DNA from: Candidatus Methanosuratincola verstraetei | GTDB taxonomy: Archaea > Thermoproteota > Methanomethylicia > Methanomethylicales > Methanomethylicaceae | Assembly (NCBI GenBank): GCA_049570475.1 | Contig: CP186953.1 | Span: 32,001 to 96,000 of the forward strand | Direction of reading: 5' to 3' | Length of the DNA: 64,000 nucleotides | In this document: one piece after another, positions 29,709-39,847 of the stretch | Layout of the letters: each line of letters begins with the position of its first letter | Position numbering within the stretch: the first letter of the stretch is position 1 | Made by a program: the position numbers and the translations under genes | The notes under the pieces: generated by a model | Databases searched by the model: none | Seen by the model: the letters and a program-made list of their open reading frames with translations, nothing else | Told to the model about the DNA's origin: nothing

Positions 29709-30392
29709 TCAGCCCCGGCTCCTGAGGACTGCAATAGTCCTTATGAGATCCGCGGTATCTTCCATGCGGTCAGACGCTGACTCTATGTTCTCCACGACCT
29801 CTTTTATCATGAGCCAGTCGCTCACATGCTCAGCAGAGTCTCCCCAGATGAGGATCTTCGCAATGAGGTCGACACGGAGGTCATCGATCTTCTCCTCGAG
29901 TCGCTCGGTCTTCTCTGCCTTCGAGACAACTCCGCCGTCCCTCTTCAGGAGCGATTGGATCGTGTCCATCAGGCTCACCGCTTCCTCGAGTAGGACCCCC
30001 ACCAATTCTTGGATCCTGAACTTCACTTCATCAGGTATGTCCTTCGGGTGGGTATATTGGATCTTCCTAGTTGCTGACTTTACATGGGCTGCAATGTCGT
30101 CAGAAGTCATCACTAGGCGTATTATTTCATCCTGGTCCATCGGATGGAGCGATGATTTCATAAGATCGTTGATTATATCCTCCTTTACCTTGTCGGCTTC
30201 CCTCTCAAGAGAGATGATCTCGATGGACAAGGCCTTCGCCTTCTCCAGGTCGCCTTTCAAGTAAGCGTCTATGAATAGCTTGAACTTGTTAACGATCGCG
30301 AATATCTTTTCCAGGTGCTTCTCGCAGGCAGAAATTGCCTCTTTCTCGCTCCTCTGCCCCAACCAGAAACCGATGTGCCCGGAGCCAAGCAT
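29709..30392 (-). CDS. DUF47 / PhoU-like phosphate transport regulator
   Basis: LEREADKVK, SDDIA, LEEKIDD, ESASDRMED. Confidence 0.88.
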   Translation of the reverse strand: MLGSGHIGFWLGQRSEKEAISACEKHLEKIFAIVNKFKLFIDAYLKGDLEKAKALSIEIISLEREADKVKEDIINDLMKSSLHPMDQDEIIRLVMTSDDIAAHVKSATRKIQYTHPKDIPDEVKFRIQELVGVLLEEAVSLMDTIQSLLKRDGGVVSKAEKTERLEEKIDDLRVDLIAKILIWGDSAEHVSDWLMIKEVVENIESASDRMEDTADLIRTIAVLRSRG

Positions 30393-30512
30393 CGCCGTTG
30401 ACCTCTGGAATTAGTTGTGCGCAGGGGTATATGTACTATTCGCATTCTTCCTTGCGGAGCCGCTGCGAAGCTTTTATACTATAAGAATGAAAAATTATCT
30501 ACGATGAGGCAG

Positions 30513-31142
30513 ATGGGCCTGCTAAGAAAGAGCGGCTTTGGTGCGCCTAAAACAAAAATCAAGGGGCCCATACGCCCGATGATTGAAGAGGCAATAAGGA
30601 TCCTGACGCAGCAGCAGATCGCCCTGAACATAAAACTCTCGAGGATAAGGAATTATGACAGAGTCTTGTTCGAGAGGGTCGTCCAGCACTACCAGAACAG
30701 GGACCTCAGGAGGGCAAAGATGTATGCGAACGAGCTCGGCGAGGTTAGGAAGCTCATCAAGGCAATGACCGCGGCTTCCCTTGCGCTCGAGCAGATAGCG
30801 ATAAGGCTCAGGACGGTCAAGGAGTATGGGGATTTCGCAAGAGACATCTCGGTTGCCAGGGCCTCGCTCGACCTTGTCTGCGGTAGCGTCCCGACAATAA
30901 TGTCTGAATCGGGAGAGGCGTTCTCAAGGCTTAATGAGATAATGGACGAGCTGATGGTAAATGCCGCTTCCACGGAGGCGGTCGGAGGCGGCGTGGCTGC
31001 CATGGAGGGGTCAGAGGAGATAATGCAGGAGGCGCAGATGAGGGCCGAGTCCGAGCTCGAACGTACGCTCCCCAAGATCCCCGAGTTTGACAAGAAAGGA
31101 GGTTTGAGGGAAAGGGATGGATGCTGGGACGGACTCGTTTAG
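30513..31142 (+). CDS. CdvB/ESCRT-III (Snf7)-like protein
   Basis: RAKMYANELGEVRK..LALEQIAIRLRTV; C-terminal LPKIP. Confidence 0.8.
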   Translation: MGLLRKSGFGAPKTKIKGPIRPMIEEAIRILTQQQIALNIKLSRIRNYDRVLFERVVQHYQNRDLRRAKMYANELGEVRKLIKAMTAASLALEQIAIRLRTVKEYGDFARDISVARASLDLVCGSVPTIMSESGEAFSRLNEIMDELMVNAASTEAVGGGVAAMEGSEEIMQEAQMRAESELERTLPKIPEFDKKGGLRERDGCWDGLV

Positions 31143-32449
31143 CCTCTAGATCGATCCTCCCTTTCATCCTCGTTGAAAGGGTTCCCCTTTTTGAGTATGC
31201 TCTCCATTATTTCCGCGTGTTTTGGCTGCACAAAGCCCCCCTTGACGAGGCTTTGCTTCAGCCTTTCGACCATGCGGGGCGTGTCAATCTCGAGCGGGCA
31301 GACCTCCTTGCACCTCCCGCACTTGGTGCAGGCGTCCACTGCGGCAGCTACTTTTTCGTCGCCAGTAGTGAACGCGCTCCATATCAACCCGATCCCCCCG
31401 AAGTAGTTGTTTCCGAATGACCCCCCGATAATCCGGTACACTGGGCACTCGTACATACAGCCCCCGCAGCGGATGCAGTAGAGGGCCTCTCGGAATGCCT
31501 CGTCCTCGGCCATCCTACTGCGACCATTGTCGAGTAGGACCAAGTGGAGCTCCTTCGGGCCATGGGCGCCGTAGACTATCGTCTTCTCGATGTCCGCTGT
31601 CTTGCTCGGACCCGTTATCATGGAAACATAAGCGGACATGAACACGCCTGTGGCATACGGCGGCAGCACCTGGAGCACCTTAAAGGCGTCAGAGAGGGTC
31701 GGGACAATCTTCTCTATCCCAGTTAGGCATATGTGCTTCGGCGGCGCATTGCTGACGAACCTTGCGTTGCCTTCGTTCTCTACAATGAAGATCGTGCCCG
31801 TCTTGGCAGAAACCACATTTGCCCCGGTGATCCCGACATCAGCATGGCAGAACTTCTCCCTCAGGTAATCCCTCGCGATCCCTACAAGGGCTGGTATTTC
31901 AGAGCTTACCGGCCTTCCCAAGAGCTCTGAGAAGGTCTTCGCGACCTCTTCCCTCGGGACGTGCACTGACGGGTTTATTATGTGGGTGGGCTTCTCCTTC
32001 CTCAGCTGTATTATGAACTCGCCAAGGTCGGTCTCGTACACACTGTTTCCCCTCTCCTCGAGGGCCTCGTTTATACCGATCTCGTCCCCTGTCAGCGACT
32101 TTGACTTGACGACTAGCTTCCCGTTTCCGGTAAGGTCCGAAACAATCTCCCTGGCCTCCTCGGCGTCCCTCGCGAGGTACGCCTCGCCCTTGACTTCCCT
32201 CACGGAGTCCATTGTGATCTTCACGAGCTCGTCCATTTGTTGTATTGATCGTTCCTTGATCTTCCGGACTTCCCTGCGAATCTCCTCGAGCTCAGGCAGG
32301 CGGGAGAGCGCTTTCGCCTTGGCGGACGTGTAAGCAGCGACCGCCCGGCTTAGCCCAGTCCTACGCCTCTCGTCCTCCATCCACCTCTTGAACTCTTCAC
32401 GCTTGAAAGCCAGCCAGTCATCGCTCCCCATCCCAATCATCCCCTCCAA
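31139..32449 (-). CDS. LutB-like LUD and 4Fe-4S protein
   Basis: VKSKS, ETDLGEFI, ENEGN, TGPSKTADIE, CIRCGGCMYECP, CTKCGRCKEVCP. Confidence 0.88.
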   Translation of the reverse strand: MEGMIGMGSDDWLAFKREEFKRWMEDERRRTGLSRAVAAYTSAKAKALSRLPELEEIRREVRKIKERSIQQMDELVKITMDSVREVKGEAYLARDAEEAREIVSDLTGNGKLVVKSKSLTGDEIGINEALEERGNSVYETDLGEFIIQLRKEKPTHIINPSVHVPREEVAKTFSELLGRPVSSEIPALVGIARDYLREKFCHADVGITGANVVSAKTGTIFIVENEGNARFVSNAPPKHICLTGIEKIVPTLSDAFKVLQVLPPYATGVFMSAYVSMITGPSKTADIEKTIVYGAHGPKELHLVLLDNGRSRMAEDEAFREALYCIRCGGCMYECPVYRIIGGSFGNNYFGGIGLIWSAFTTGDEKVAAAVDACTKCGRCKEVCPLEIDTPRMVERLKQSLVKGGFVQPKHAEIMESILKKGNPFNEDEREDRSRG

Positions 32450-33156
32450 GCAGAAAGGAGCAGTTCAGGCAGGTCCACCACCCTGATCTGCTGCCCTGAA
32501 CAGGCATCCTTGAAGTTGTAGTTGCAGAATGGGCACGCAGTTATCAATAGCTTGACGCCGTCAGGAACCTGACCGCCGGCTACGCTCCTGGCGACCTCCC
32601 TCGAGAGCTCAGGGTATGCCGATCGGACGCCCCCGCCTGATCCGCAGCAGAGCGCCTTAGACCGGTTGTCCCTCATCTCGGCCAGTTCAACCCCGGGCAC
32701 CATCCTGATGAGATCCCTGGGCTCCTCATACACGCCCATGTGCCTCCCTAGGTGGCACGGATCATGGTAGCAAGCCTTCACATCGGTTCTGCGGAACTTG
32801 CCCTCGAGTGAAGATCTCCTCTCCATCAAAAACTGGGATATGTGGCGGACCCGGAATGGGACTTGGCCTGCAATGATCGGGTATTCCGAGGCCATGGTCC
32901 TGAAGCAGCCCGGGCAAGCGGTAACAACCTCCTTGAAACCGGCTGAAGAGATCCGGTCTATGGTTGACTCGGCCACCTTCTTTGCAGCCTCGATCTGCCC
33001 AGTCCTGAGCAGCACAGAGCCGCAGCAACCTTCGCTTTCCCCGAGGGTCTTGAATTCGACTCCCATCCTTCGGAAAAGTTCCATAGTCGAATCAGAGATG
33101 CTCTTCGTCCTGAGGCGCGACATGCACCCCTTCCAGTAAAGTATGCTATCAGGCAT
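32437..33156 (-). CDS. CCG-domain Fe-S protein (LutA/HdrD-like)
   Basis: CCGS, ACPGC, YHDPCHLGR, CCGSGGG, ACPFC. Confidence 0.87.
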   Translation of the reverse strand: MPDSILYWKGCMSRLRTKSISDSTMELFRRMGVEFKTLGESEGCCGSVLLRTGQIEAAKKVAESTIDRISSAGFKEVVTACPGCFRTMASEYPIIAGQVPFRVRHISQFLMERRSSLEGKFRRTDVKACYHDPCHLGRHMGVYEEPRDLIRMVPGVELAEMRDNRSKALCCGSGGGVRSAYPELSREVARSVAGGQVPDGVKLLITACPFCNYNFKDACSGQQIRVVDLPELLLSAWRG

Positions 33157-33238
33157 GCTGATCAGACCCGATAAATTCCATCAAGGTGGTATTAAAGCAT
33201 TGCACCTTTTCGAATGGCACGGTTTGATCCAGGCGGTG

Positions 33239-34357
33239 CTAAAATCCGAACCTCCTCTTCTCCTTGAGGGGCTGTTCGAATTCCTTTGCCAGCTCCTTCA
33301 GGAGCTCCCTCTGCCTCGGCGTGAGCCTATCTGGGACTGTCACGTTTACAACGACGAACTGGTCGCCTCTCCCGAAGCCGTCGAGCTTGGGCAGACCCTT
33401 GCCTTTGAGGCGGAGGATTGTGCCAGGCTGAGTCCCCGGGTTGATGGCCATCTGCACAGGACCTTCAAGCGTCGGTACGGTCACCTCGGCCCCAAGCGCG
33501 GCCTGAGGGAAGCCTATCTTGAGGTCATAGTAGAGATCCGGGCCTTCCCTCCTGAAACGCGGATCCGGGATTACCGTAACATTGACGTAGAGGTCCCCGG
33601 GTGCGCCACCGTTAAGGGATGCATCTCCCTCGCCCCTCAGCCTCAGCTGCATCCCGTCCTCCGCCCCGGGCGGGATCCTGACCGTGATCCGCCTCTTGAC
33701 CTTGGCAACACCGGATCCCTTGCAGGCGCTGCATGGCTTTTCGATTATTGATCCAGATCCCTTGCACGTGGGGCAGGAGGTTATCTGGACAAACCTTGCA
33801 AAACCGCTCGAGTGGACGCGCTGGACCTGACCCGTCCCGCCGCAGCTTGCGCATGTCCTCGGCGAAGAGCCAGGGGCTGCCCCGGACCCTGAGCACTGCC
33901 TGCACGTCTCGCTCCGGGGTATTTCGATCTCCTTTTCAGTCCCCTTCAGGGCTTCTTCAAGGGTGATCCTGACCTCGGAGACAAGGTCGCTGCCCCTCAT
34001 CCTCCTGTTCCCGAAGCCGCCATACCCCCTGCCCCCGCCGAAGAACATCTCGAACAGGTCTCCGAAGCCAAAGTCCCTGAATATGGTCTCGAAATCGGCG
34101 CCCCTGAAGATGTCCTCCTGGGTGTACTGCTGGTTGAACCCGGCTCTGCCGAGCATGTCGTACTGGCTCCTCTTCTGAGGATCGGATAGGACGGCATAAG
34201 CCTCAGAGATCTCCTTGAACTTCTCCTCAGCGTCCGGGGACTTGTTCCTGTCCGGATGGTACTGGAGAGCCAGCTTCCGGTATGCGTCCTTTATCTGCTC
34301 AGGCGTCGCGTCCCTGGGGACGCCAAGAATCTCGTAATAATCCCTTTTTGTTGCCAT
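33239..34357 (-). CDS. dnaJ: Chaperone DnaJ
   Basis: J-domain HPD, G/F region, four CxxCxGxG motifs. Confidence 0.97.
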   Translation of the reverse strand: MATKRDYYEILGVPRDATPEQIKDAYRKLALQYHPDRNKSPDAEEKFKEISEAYAVLSDPQKRSQYDMLGRAGFNQQYTQEDIFRGADFETIFRDFGFGDLFEMFFGGGRGYGGFGNRRMRGSDLVSEVRITLEEALKGTEKEIEIPRSETCRQCSGSGAAPGSSPRTCASCGGTGQVQRVHSSGFARFVQITSCPTCKGSGSIIEKPCSACKGSGVAKVKRRITVRIPPGAEDGMQLRLRGEGDASLNGGAPGDLYVNVTVIPDPRFRREGPDLYYDLKIGFPQAALGAEVTVPTLEGPVQMAINPGTQPGTILRLKGKGLPKLDGFGRGDQFVVVNVTVPDRLTPRQRELLKELAKEFEQPLKEKRRFGF

Positions 34358-34431
34358 CTCTACCGATCCTCAGCTTGCGGGGTTGGTATTTCAGCGTTTT
34401 GCCCAATTTCCCTAAAAATGATGGGGAAGGA

Positions 34432-36318
34432 TTAGCCGACCTTGAAGTCGGCATCGTAGACTTTCTTATCCTGCGCCTGCTGCCCTCCCTGTGGAGGCTG
34501 CTGCCCCTGCTGGGCCCCTGACTGCGCCTGCTGCCGCTGGTACTCGGCTGCAGCCTGCTGGTATATGGCGGTGCCAACATCCTGCAAGATCTTTGTCAGC
34601 TCTTCTGACTTCGCCTTTATCTTCTCTACATCAGTGCCTGCAAGCGCCTCCTTGAGGGCGGCCACAGCGGCGTCGATCTTGCTCACCTGTTCAGGCTTTA
34701 GCTTGTCAGCAAGGTCCTTCTTTGTCTTCTCCGCCGTGTAGAGCAGGCTGTCTGCGTTGTTCCTGAGCTCGGCCTCCTCCTTCTTCTTCCTGTCCAGCTC
34801 GGCGAACTGCTCCGCCTCCTTGATCATCCTTTCCTTCTCCTCCTTCGATAGCTTGGTCGAGGCGGTTATCCTGATCGAGGCAGCCTTGTTCGTCCCCAAG
34901 TCCTTTGCCGTGACATTGAGGATCCCGTTCGCGTCGATGTCGAATGTCACCTCGATCTGGGGGACGCCGCGCGGCGCCGGGGGTATGCCCTCGAGGTTGA
35001 ACATACCCAGCGAGACATTGTCTTTCGCCATCGCGCGCTCTCCCTGGAGGACGTGAATTGTGACTGCAGTCTGGAAGTCGGCAGCAGTTGTGAAGATCTG
35101 GCTGCGCCTCGTGGGGATGGTGGTGTTCCTCTCGATTATCTTGGTGAAGACGCCCCCTAGGGTCTCCACGCCGAGCGACAGCGGCGTGACGTCAAGGAGC
35201 AGGATGTCCTTCACCTCGCCAGAGAGCACAGCCCCCTGTATCGCCGCCCCGATCGCTACGCACTCCATCGGGTCCACGCCCCGCTCGGCAGGCTTACCCA
35301 GCATCTTCTCGACGAAGCGCTGGACTAGCGGCATCCTGGTCGTGCCCCCGATGAGGATGATCTTGTCGATCTGGGAAGGCGTCAGCTTCGCGTCTTCGAG
35401 CGCCCTCATGATCGTGCGCTCGGTCTTCTGCACAATAGGGGCTGCGAGCTCCTCGAGCTTTGCCCTTGTTATCGTCATGTGGAGGTTCTTCGGTCCAGAT
35501 GCGTCTGCATAGATGAACGGGAGATCGATGTCGGTTGTGAGGAGCGTCGAGAGCTCGATCTTTGCCCTCTCGGCAGCCTCCTTCAGCCTCGCCATTGCCA
35601 TCCGGTCACCCCTGAGATCGACACCGGTCTGCCTCCTGAACTCGTCAATGATGTAATCCATGAGGGCCTTGTCGATGTCGGCACCGCCAGTCTCTGTGTC
35701 GCCGCTCGTGGACAGCACCTGGAATACGCCCTTTCCGAAGTCCATTATCGTGACGTCGTGCGTGCCGCCGCCGAAGCTGAAGACAAGTATCTTGAGCTCC
35801 TTGTCAAGCTTGTCGACGCCGTAGGCCAAGCACGCAGCCGTGGGCTCGTTTATGATCCGGAGCACCTCGAAGCCTGCGATCTCGCCAGCGTCCTTAGTCG
35901 CTTGGCGCTGGTTGTCGTTGAAGTGCGCCGGCACTGTGATTACAGCCTTCTTGATCGTTGTCCCGAGATATGTCTCGGCATCCTTCTTTATCTTCTGCAG
36001 AATGAAGGCGGAGATCTGCTGCGGCGTGTATTCCTTCCCGTATATATTGACCTTGTAGTCGGTGCCCATCTTCCTCTTTATCTCGAATACAGTCCCCTCC
36101 GGGTTGGCTACCGCCTGCCTCTTTGCAGGCTCTCCGACGAGCAGCTGCCCGTCCTTGGTGAATGCAACCACTGAAGGGAACATCTTCCCTGCAGCAGTCG
36201 GACCTTCAGCGCTCGGTATTACAATCGCCTTGCCGCCCTCGAAGACGGCTGCCGCAGAGTTGGTTGTTCCTAGGTCTATTCCTATAATTTTCTCTCCTGG
36301 CTGTATGTTAGATGCCAT
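34432..36318 (-). CDS. dnaK: Chaperone DnaK
   Basis: [43 protein letters not shown]. Confidence 0.97.
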   Translation of the reverse strand: MASNIQPGEKIIGIDLGTTNSAAAVFEGGKAIVIPSAEGPTAAGKMFPSVVAFTKDGQLLVGEPAKRQAVANPEGTVFEIKRKMGTDYKVNIYGKEYTPQQISAFILQKIKKDAETYLGTTIKKAVITVPAHFNDNQRQATKDAGEIAGFEVLRIINEPTAACLAYGVDKLDKELKILVFSFGGGTHDVTIMDFGKGVFQVLSTSGDTETGGADIDKALMDYIIDEFRRQTGVDLRGDRMAMARLKEAAERAKIELSTLLTTDIDLPFIYADASGPKNLHMTITRAKLEELAAPIVQKTERTIMRALEDAKLTPSQIDKIILIGGTTRMPLVQRFVEKMLGKPAERGVDPMECVAIGAAIQGAVLSGEVKDILLLDVTPLSLGVETLGGVFTKIIERNTTIPTRRSQIFTTAADFQTAVTIHVLQGERAMAKDNVSLGMFNLEGIPPAPRGVPQIEVTFDIDANGILNVTAKDLGTNKAASIRITASTKLSKEEKERMIKEAEQFAELDRKKKEEAELRNNADSLLYTAEKTKKDLADKLKPEQVSKIDAAVAALKEALAGTDVEKIKAKSEELTKILQDVGTAIYQQAAAEYQRQQAQSGAQQGQQPPQGGQQAQDKKVYDADFKVG

Positions 36319-36319
36319 A

Positions 36320-36898
36320 TCAATTCTCCTCCTTTGGTTTTGTTGACCTTGAAGGCTTCACCGAGACCTTCACTACGCTCGGCCTGATTACCCGATCCCT
36401 TAGGAGATAGCCCTTCCTTATCTCCTCTATAACCGTGTGCTCCTCCAGGTCATCCCTTTCCTCCTTGGAGACGACCATGTGCCTCTCTGGATCCAGCGGC
36501 TTCATGAGGCATTCGATCGGGGAGACACCGTGCTTCTCCAGGATCTTCTTCATTTTCTTGAGGGTCATCTCAACCCCCTGCAGGACTGCTCCATTCTGGT
36601 CTGATCCGGAGGCGCTCCTCAGCGCGAGCTCGAGCTCGTCTATAACCTCGAGCAGGTCGCACAACAGCGGCATAGTGGCGAAGAGCCTTGCTTCCTCCAT
36701 CTGCCTCTCTGATCGCTTCCTTATGTTCTCGCAATCCGCCTGCATGTACTTGAGCCTGTTCTTGGACTCATCCAGCTCCCGCTGGAGGGCGCCCAGCTGC
36801 TGCTTGTACATGCATAGCTCTTCCTGAAGCCGCTCCAGTTCCTTGCCCTTTTGATCTTCCAAGGGCTCCTGAGCCTTGGCCTTGCCCTCTGCCTGCAT
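36320..36898 (-). CDS. grpE: Nucleotide exchange factor GrpE
   Basis: [29 protein letters not shown]; upstream of dnaK. Confidence 0.94.
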   Translation of the reverse strand: MQAEGKAKAQEPLEDQKGKELERLQEELCMYKQQLGALQRELDESKNRLKYMQADCENIRKRSERQMEEARLFATMPLLCDLLEVIDELELALRSASGSDQNGAVLQGVEMTLKKMKKILEKHGVSPIECLMKPLDPERHMVVSKEERDDLEEHTVIEEIRKGYLLRDRVIRPSVVKVSVKPSRSTKPKEEN

Positions 36899-37054
36899 AT
36901 CGCCCCTAGACTCTTCGGTTCGCAATGTGTGCCCCCCGCAAAAAGCAGTCAATTATATCGCAGTCAAATATATATATCTCACGCATGTCCGGCAGGATGA
37001 TGCGCTCACAGCCAAAGGATAAGAGTTTGTATGAGGAATGAATCACAGGTGTAT

Positions 37055-38167
37055 ATGATGTCAAAGAATATCGCAGAAATTGCTTCGACATGCACCCTTT
37101 GCGGAGCCTGCGTCGAGGTGTGCCCCTTCTTCAAGGCGACGAACAACCCCAAGTACGGGGCCATGGCCAAGGTCGAGGCGGCAATCTCGCTCTTCGAGGG
37201 CAAGGATCTCAATGAGGAGGATTTGAAGACCCTGTTCCTGTGCACCAGGTGCGACGGGTGCCACAGCTCCTGCCCGATGGACATACCAATCTCCGTCGTA
37301 GTCCAGGCTGCGAGGGCAGAGCTGCGGAAAAGGAACATGGTGCCTGAGAAGTACAAGACGATAGCAGACGCCATAATAAAGATGGGATCGCCGATGGCGG
37401 CGCCTCCCGAGAAGCGCACCGCATGCCTGCCGGAAGGGTTCAAGCCCCCTGAGAAGGCAAAGTACCTCTATGTGCCTGGGTGCTGGTCAGGGATCAAGCT
37501 TCCCGAGACTGCGAAGGCGACTATTGAGCTTCTGATCAAGTCCGGCTTAGATTTCACAACCCTCGGGGAGAAAGAGTGGTGCTGCGGGCTCTTTCTCATA
37601 GATACCGGAATGCTAGAGGAGGCCAAGAAGCTTGCAGAGAAGAACACGGTGCTCTTCGAGTCCACAGGCGCCAGGACTGTCGTCACCGAGTGCCCCTCAT
37701 GCTACGATGTCTTCAAGAACGTGTACCCTGCGCTGTTCAGGAAGCCGGAGTACGAGGTCGTGCACATCTCTGAGCTGCTGGATCAGCTTGTCAAGGAAGG
37801 GAGGATCAGCCCCAGCGCAGCACAAGGCAAAAGGATAATCTACAAGGATCCCTGCCCCCTGGTCAGGAGGACCGGGACGATCCAGCCCCCGAGGGAGGTC
37901 TTGCGAAGGATCGGCGATCTGGTCGAATACAAAGAGAGCGGGAAGGAGGCAGTCTGCTGCGGCGCTCCCGCGGGCGTGAAGCCGCTTTACCCTGATATCG
38001 CGAACAAGCTGGCGGAGATGCTGATGTCCGAAGCGAAGGAGAAGGGCGCAGAGGTCGGCGTAGGGTGCGCATTCTGCATGTACCACATGGGCGGCCTGCC
38101 CAAGGAGGCGGGTTACCCGCCAATAAAGACGCTCTCGCAGCTTGTGCTCGAGAGCCTCAAAAAATAG
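37055..38167 (+). CDS. Fe-S oxidoreductase with 2x[4Fe-4S] and CCG domains (HdrD/GlpC/TfrB-like)
   Basis: CTLCGACVEVCP, CTRCDGCHSSCP, WCCG, CPSC, DPC, CCG. Confidence 0.87.
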   Translation: MMSKNIAEIASTCTLCGACVEVCPFFKATNNPKYGAMAKVEAAISLFEGKDLNEEDLKTLFLCTRCDGCHSSCPMDIPISVVVQAARAELRKRNMVPEKYKTIADAIIKMGSPMAAPPEKRTACLPEGFKPPEKAKYLYVPGCWSGIKLPETAKATIELLIKSGLDFTTLGEKEWCCGLFLIDTGMLEEAKKLAEKNTVLFESTGARTVVTECPSCYDVFKNVYPALFRKPEYEVVHISELLDQLVKEGRISPSAAQGKRIIYKDPCPLVRRTGTIQPPREVLRRIGDLVEYKESGKEAVCCGAPAGVKPLYPDIANKLAEMLMSEAKEKGAEVGVGCAFCMYHMGGLPKEAGYPPIKTLSQLVLESLKK

Positions 38168-38208
38168 GCTTTCATTCTTCCCTATTTTTCTTTTTGCTGC
38201 GAACTGGG

Positions 38209-38604
38209 TCAATCATCCTTGGCCTTGAACTTCTGGCTGAGGGGGACGCGCTTCCCGTCCTTTATGTATGTTATCGAGGTCTCGAGCCTCACGGGCATCC
38301 CCAAGTTGCAGAAGAGCTCGTAAAGGTCCTCCCCGGGTATGTCTTCGTTGAGCTTGCCCGTCCTGTACAGGTTGGCGATGTACTTCACGACCTCCATTGC
38401 TGCCTGGGGGTATTGGGAGAGGGCTGCTTCCAAGACCTCTGGTCCCCTCCCGATCAGGCGCTTTTTCACGATTGAGAGCGGATCTTCCTCGACCTTCCTT
38501 GGCGCCTCAGTCTGCGTCTTTTTCATTGCTGCGAGCCTGCGCTCCATCTCGAGGAGCTTGCGCTTTTTTATAATCTCGATCTCGTCGTCCGAGTCAGAGG
38601 CCAT
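38209..38604 (-). CDS. PDCD5-like dsDNA-binding protein
   Basis: DDEIEIIKKRKLLEM; RGPEVL..QYP. Confidence 0.7.
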   Translation of the reverse strand: MASDSDDEIEIIKKRKLLEMERRLAAMKKTQTEAPRKVEEDPLSIVKKRLIGRGPEVLEAALSQYPQAAMEVVKYIANLYRTGKLNEDIPGEDLYELFCNLGMPVRLETSITYIKDGKRVPLSQKFKAKDD

Positions 38605-38759
38605 TTCGCATACCCTCCGAGATAATTATAGCGGGTCAGAAATAAGCTTTTAATACTGATATCCATCAACCCACGCCTTTTTGGGCACAAGGGCGACGAT
38701 TTGAGGTGAATGGCGCATCGAATATCCGATCGGTCGGATCAAGAAAAGGCGCTGGTGCA

Positions 38760-39302
38760 CTACTCTTCGCCGATCTCATCGCCTTCTTCGCTACCCTCTT
38801 GGACTGCACCCTTCCCCTTCTTACCTTTGATCTTGAACGGCGGCGAGTAGTCGGGCAGGTCGTTTCCCCTCTCATAGTGGCAGCATATCGTCTGCCCCCT
38901 GAGAGAGTCCCACAACTCCTCTGGCACAAGCTTGTAAAACTCCCTGAGCTCCCTCCTGAGGTATCCATCCCCCTTACGCTTCTTTGAGAGGAATTTGAAG
39001 GCAAGCACTATCCTGCGCTTCGGGTAGAGCTTGAACCCATTTATGAGGAAGATGTCCCTTTCGATCTGGTCCCATTCAACATAAAGGTGATCCTTTGCGC
39101 CTGCTTTAGCCTCAACCACATCGAGCTCGCCGGTGCTGTCGTTTGTGGCCATCACGTCCGGGAGGTATGCGCTGTTCCCCCCAGTCCTGTACGACCACCA
39201 CCCAGCCGCGCGGTACCTCTTCACAAGATCGCGCTCGAATCCCTGTCCCCTGCTCTTCCTGATCCGGGAGATGTGAACGCTGTCGTCTCCCAAACCCATC
39301 AC
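38760..39302 (-). CDS. Hjc-like PD-(D/E)xK nuclease
   Basis: GQGFERDL, LPDV, VEAK. Confidence 0.78.
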   Translation of the reverse strand: MMGLGDDSVHISRIRKSRGQGFERDLVKRYRAAGWWSYRTGGNSAYLPDVMATNDSTGELDVVEAKAGAKDHLYVEWDQIERDIFLINGFKLYPKRRIVLAFKFLSKKRKGDGYLRRELREFYKLVPEELWDSLRGQTICCHYERGNDLPDYSPPFKIKGKKGKGAVQEGSEEGDEIGEE

Positions 39303-39847
39303 CCCCTGGCATTCGCCAAGAACCTCTCGAAGAAGAGTATCCCTATCGCAGTCTTTGCGTCCTCTATCTCGTTGTCTCTGACCATCTCAAGGGCCTTCGA
39401 GATCGGGACGAATACCGCATCTATCTCCTCGTCATAATCAAGCCTCTTCGATGACCTCTTCAGCCCCTTGGCTAGGAAGAGGTGTATGACCTCTGTGCTG
39501 TATCCGGGCGCAACGTAGAAGCTGAATACCCGATCCATCTTGTCCGCCGTGTATCCCGTCTCCTCAGCCAGCTCCCTCCTGGCGCATTCCTCTGGATCCT
39601 CGCCTTTTTCGATCGTCCCAGCCGGGATCTCCCAGATCACTCTCTTCGCCGTATGACGGTACTGCCGCTCAAGGAGGATATCTCCGCCTTCCAAGGCCAC
39701 GACGGCCACGGCCCCCGGGTGGACAACAGTTTCCCTGCGGGCGAGCTTTCCGCTTGGCAAGCGTACATCCTCGACTTTGAGGCTTATTGCCCTGCCGGAA
39801 AAAATATGGGAGGATGAGACGGCCTCTTCCAATGAGGGCACCCTCAT
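39299..39847 (-). CDS. NUDIX hydrolase (ADP-ribose pyrophosphatase-like)
   Basis: HPGAV, QYRH, EIPAGTIEKGEDPEECARRELAEETG, DAKT. Confidence 0.92.
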   Translation of the reverse strand: MRVPSLEEAVSSSHIFSGRAISLKVEDVRLPSGKLARRETVVHPGAVAVVALEGGDILLERQYRHTAKRVIWEIPAGTIEKGEDPEECARRELAEETGYTADKMDRVFSFYVAPGYSTEVIHLFLAKGLKRSSKRLDYDEEIDAVFVPISKALEMVRDNEIEDAKTAIGILFFERFLANARG

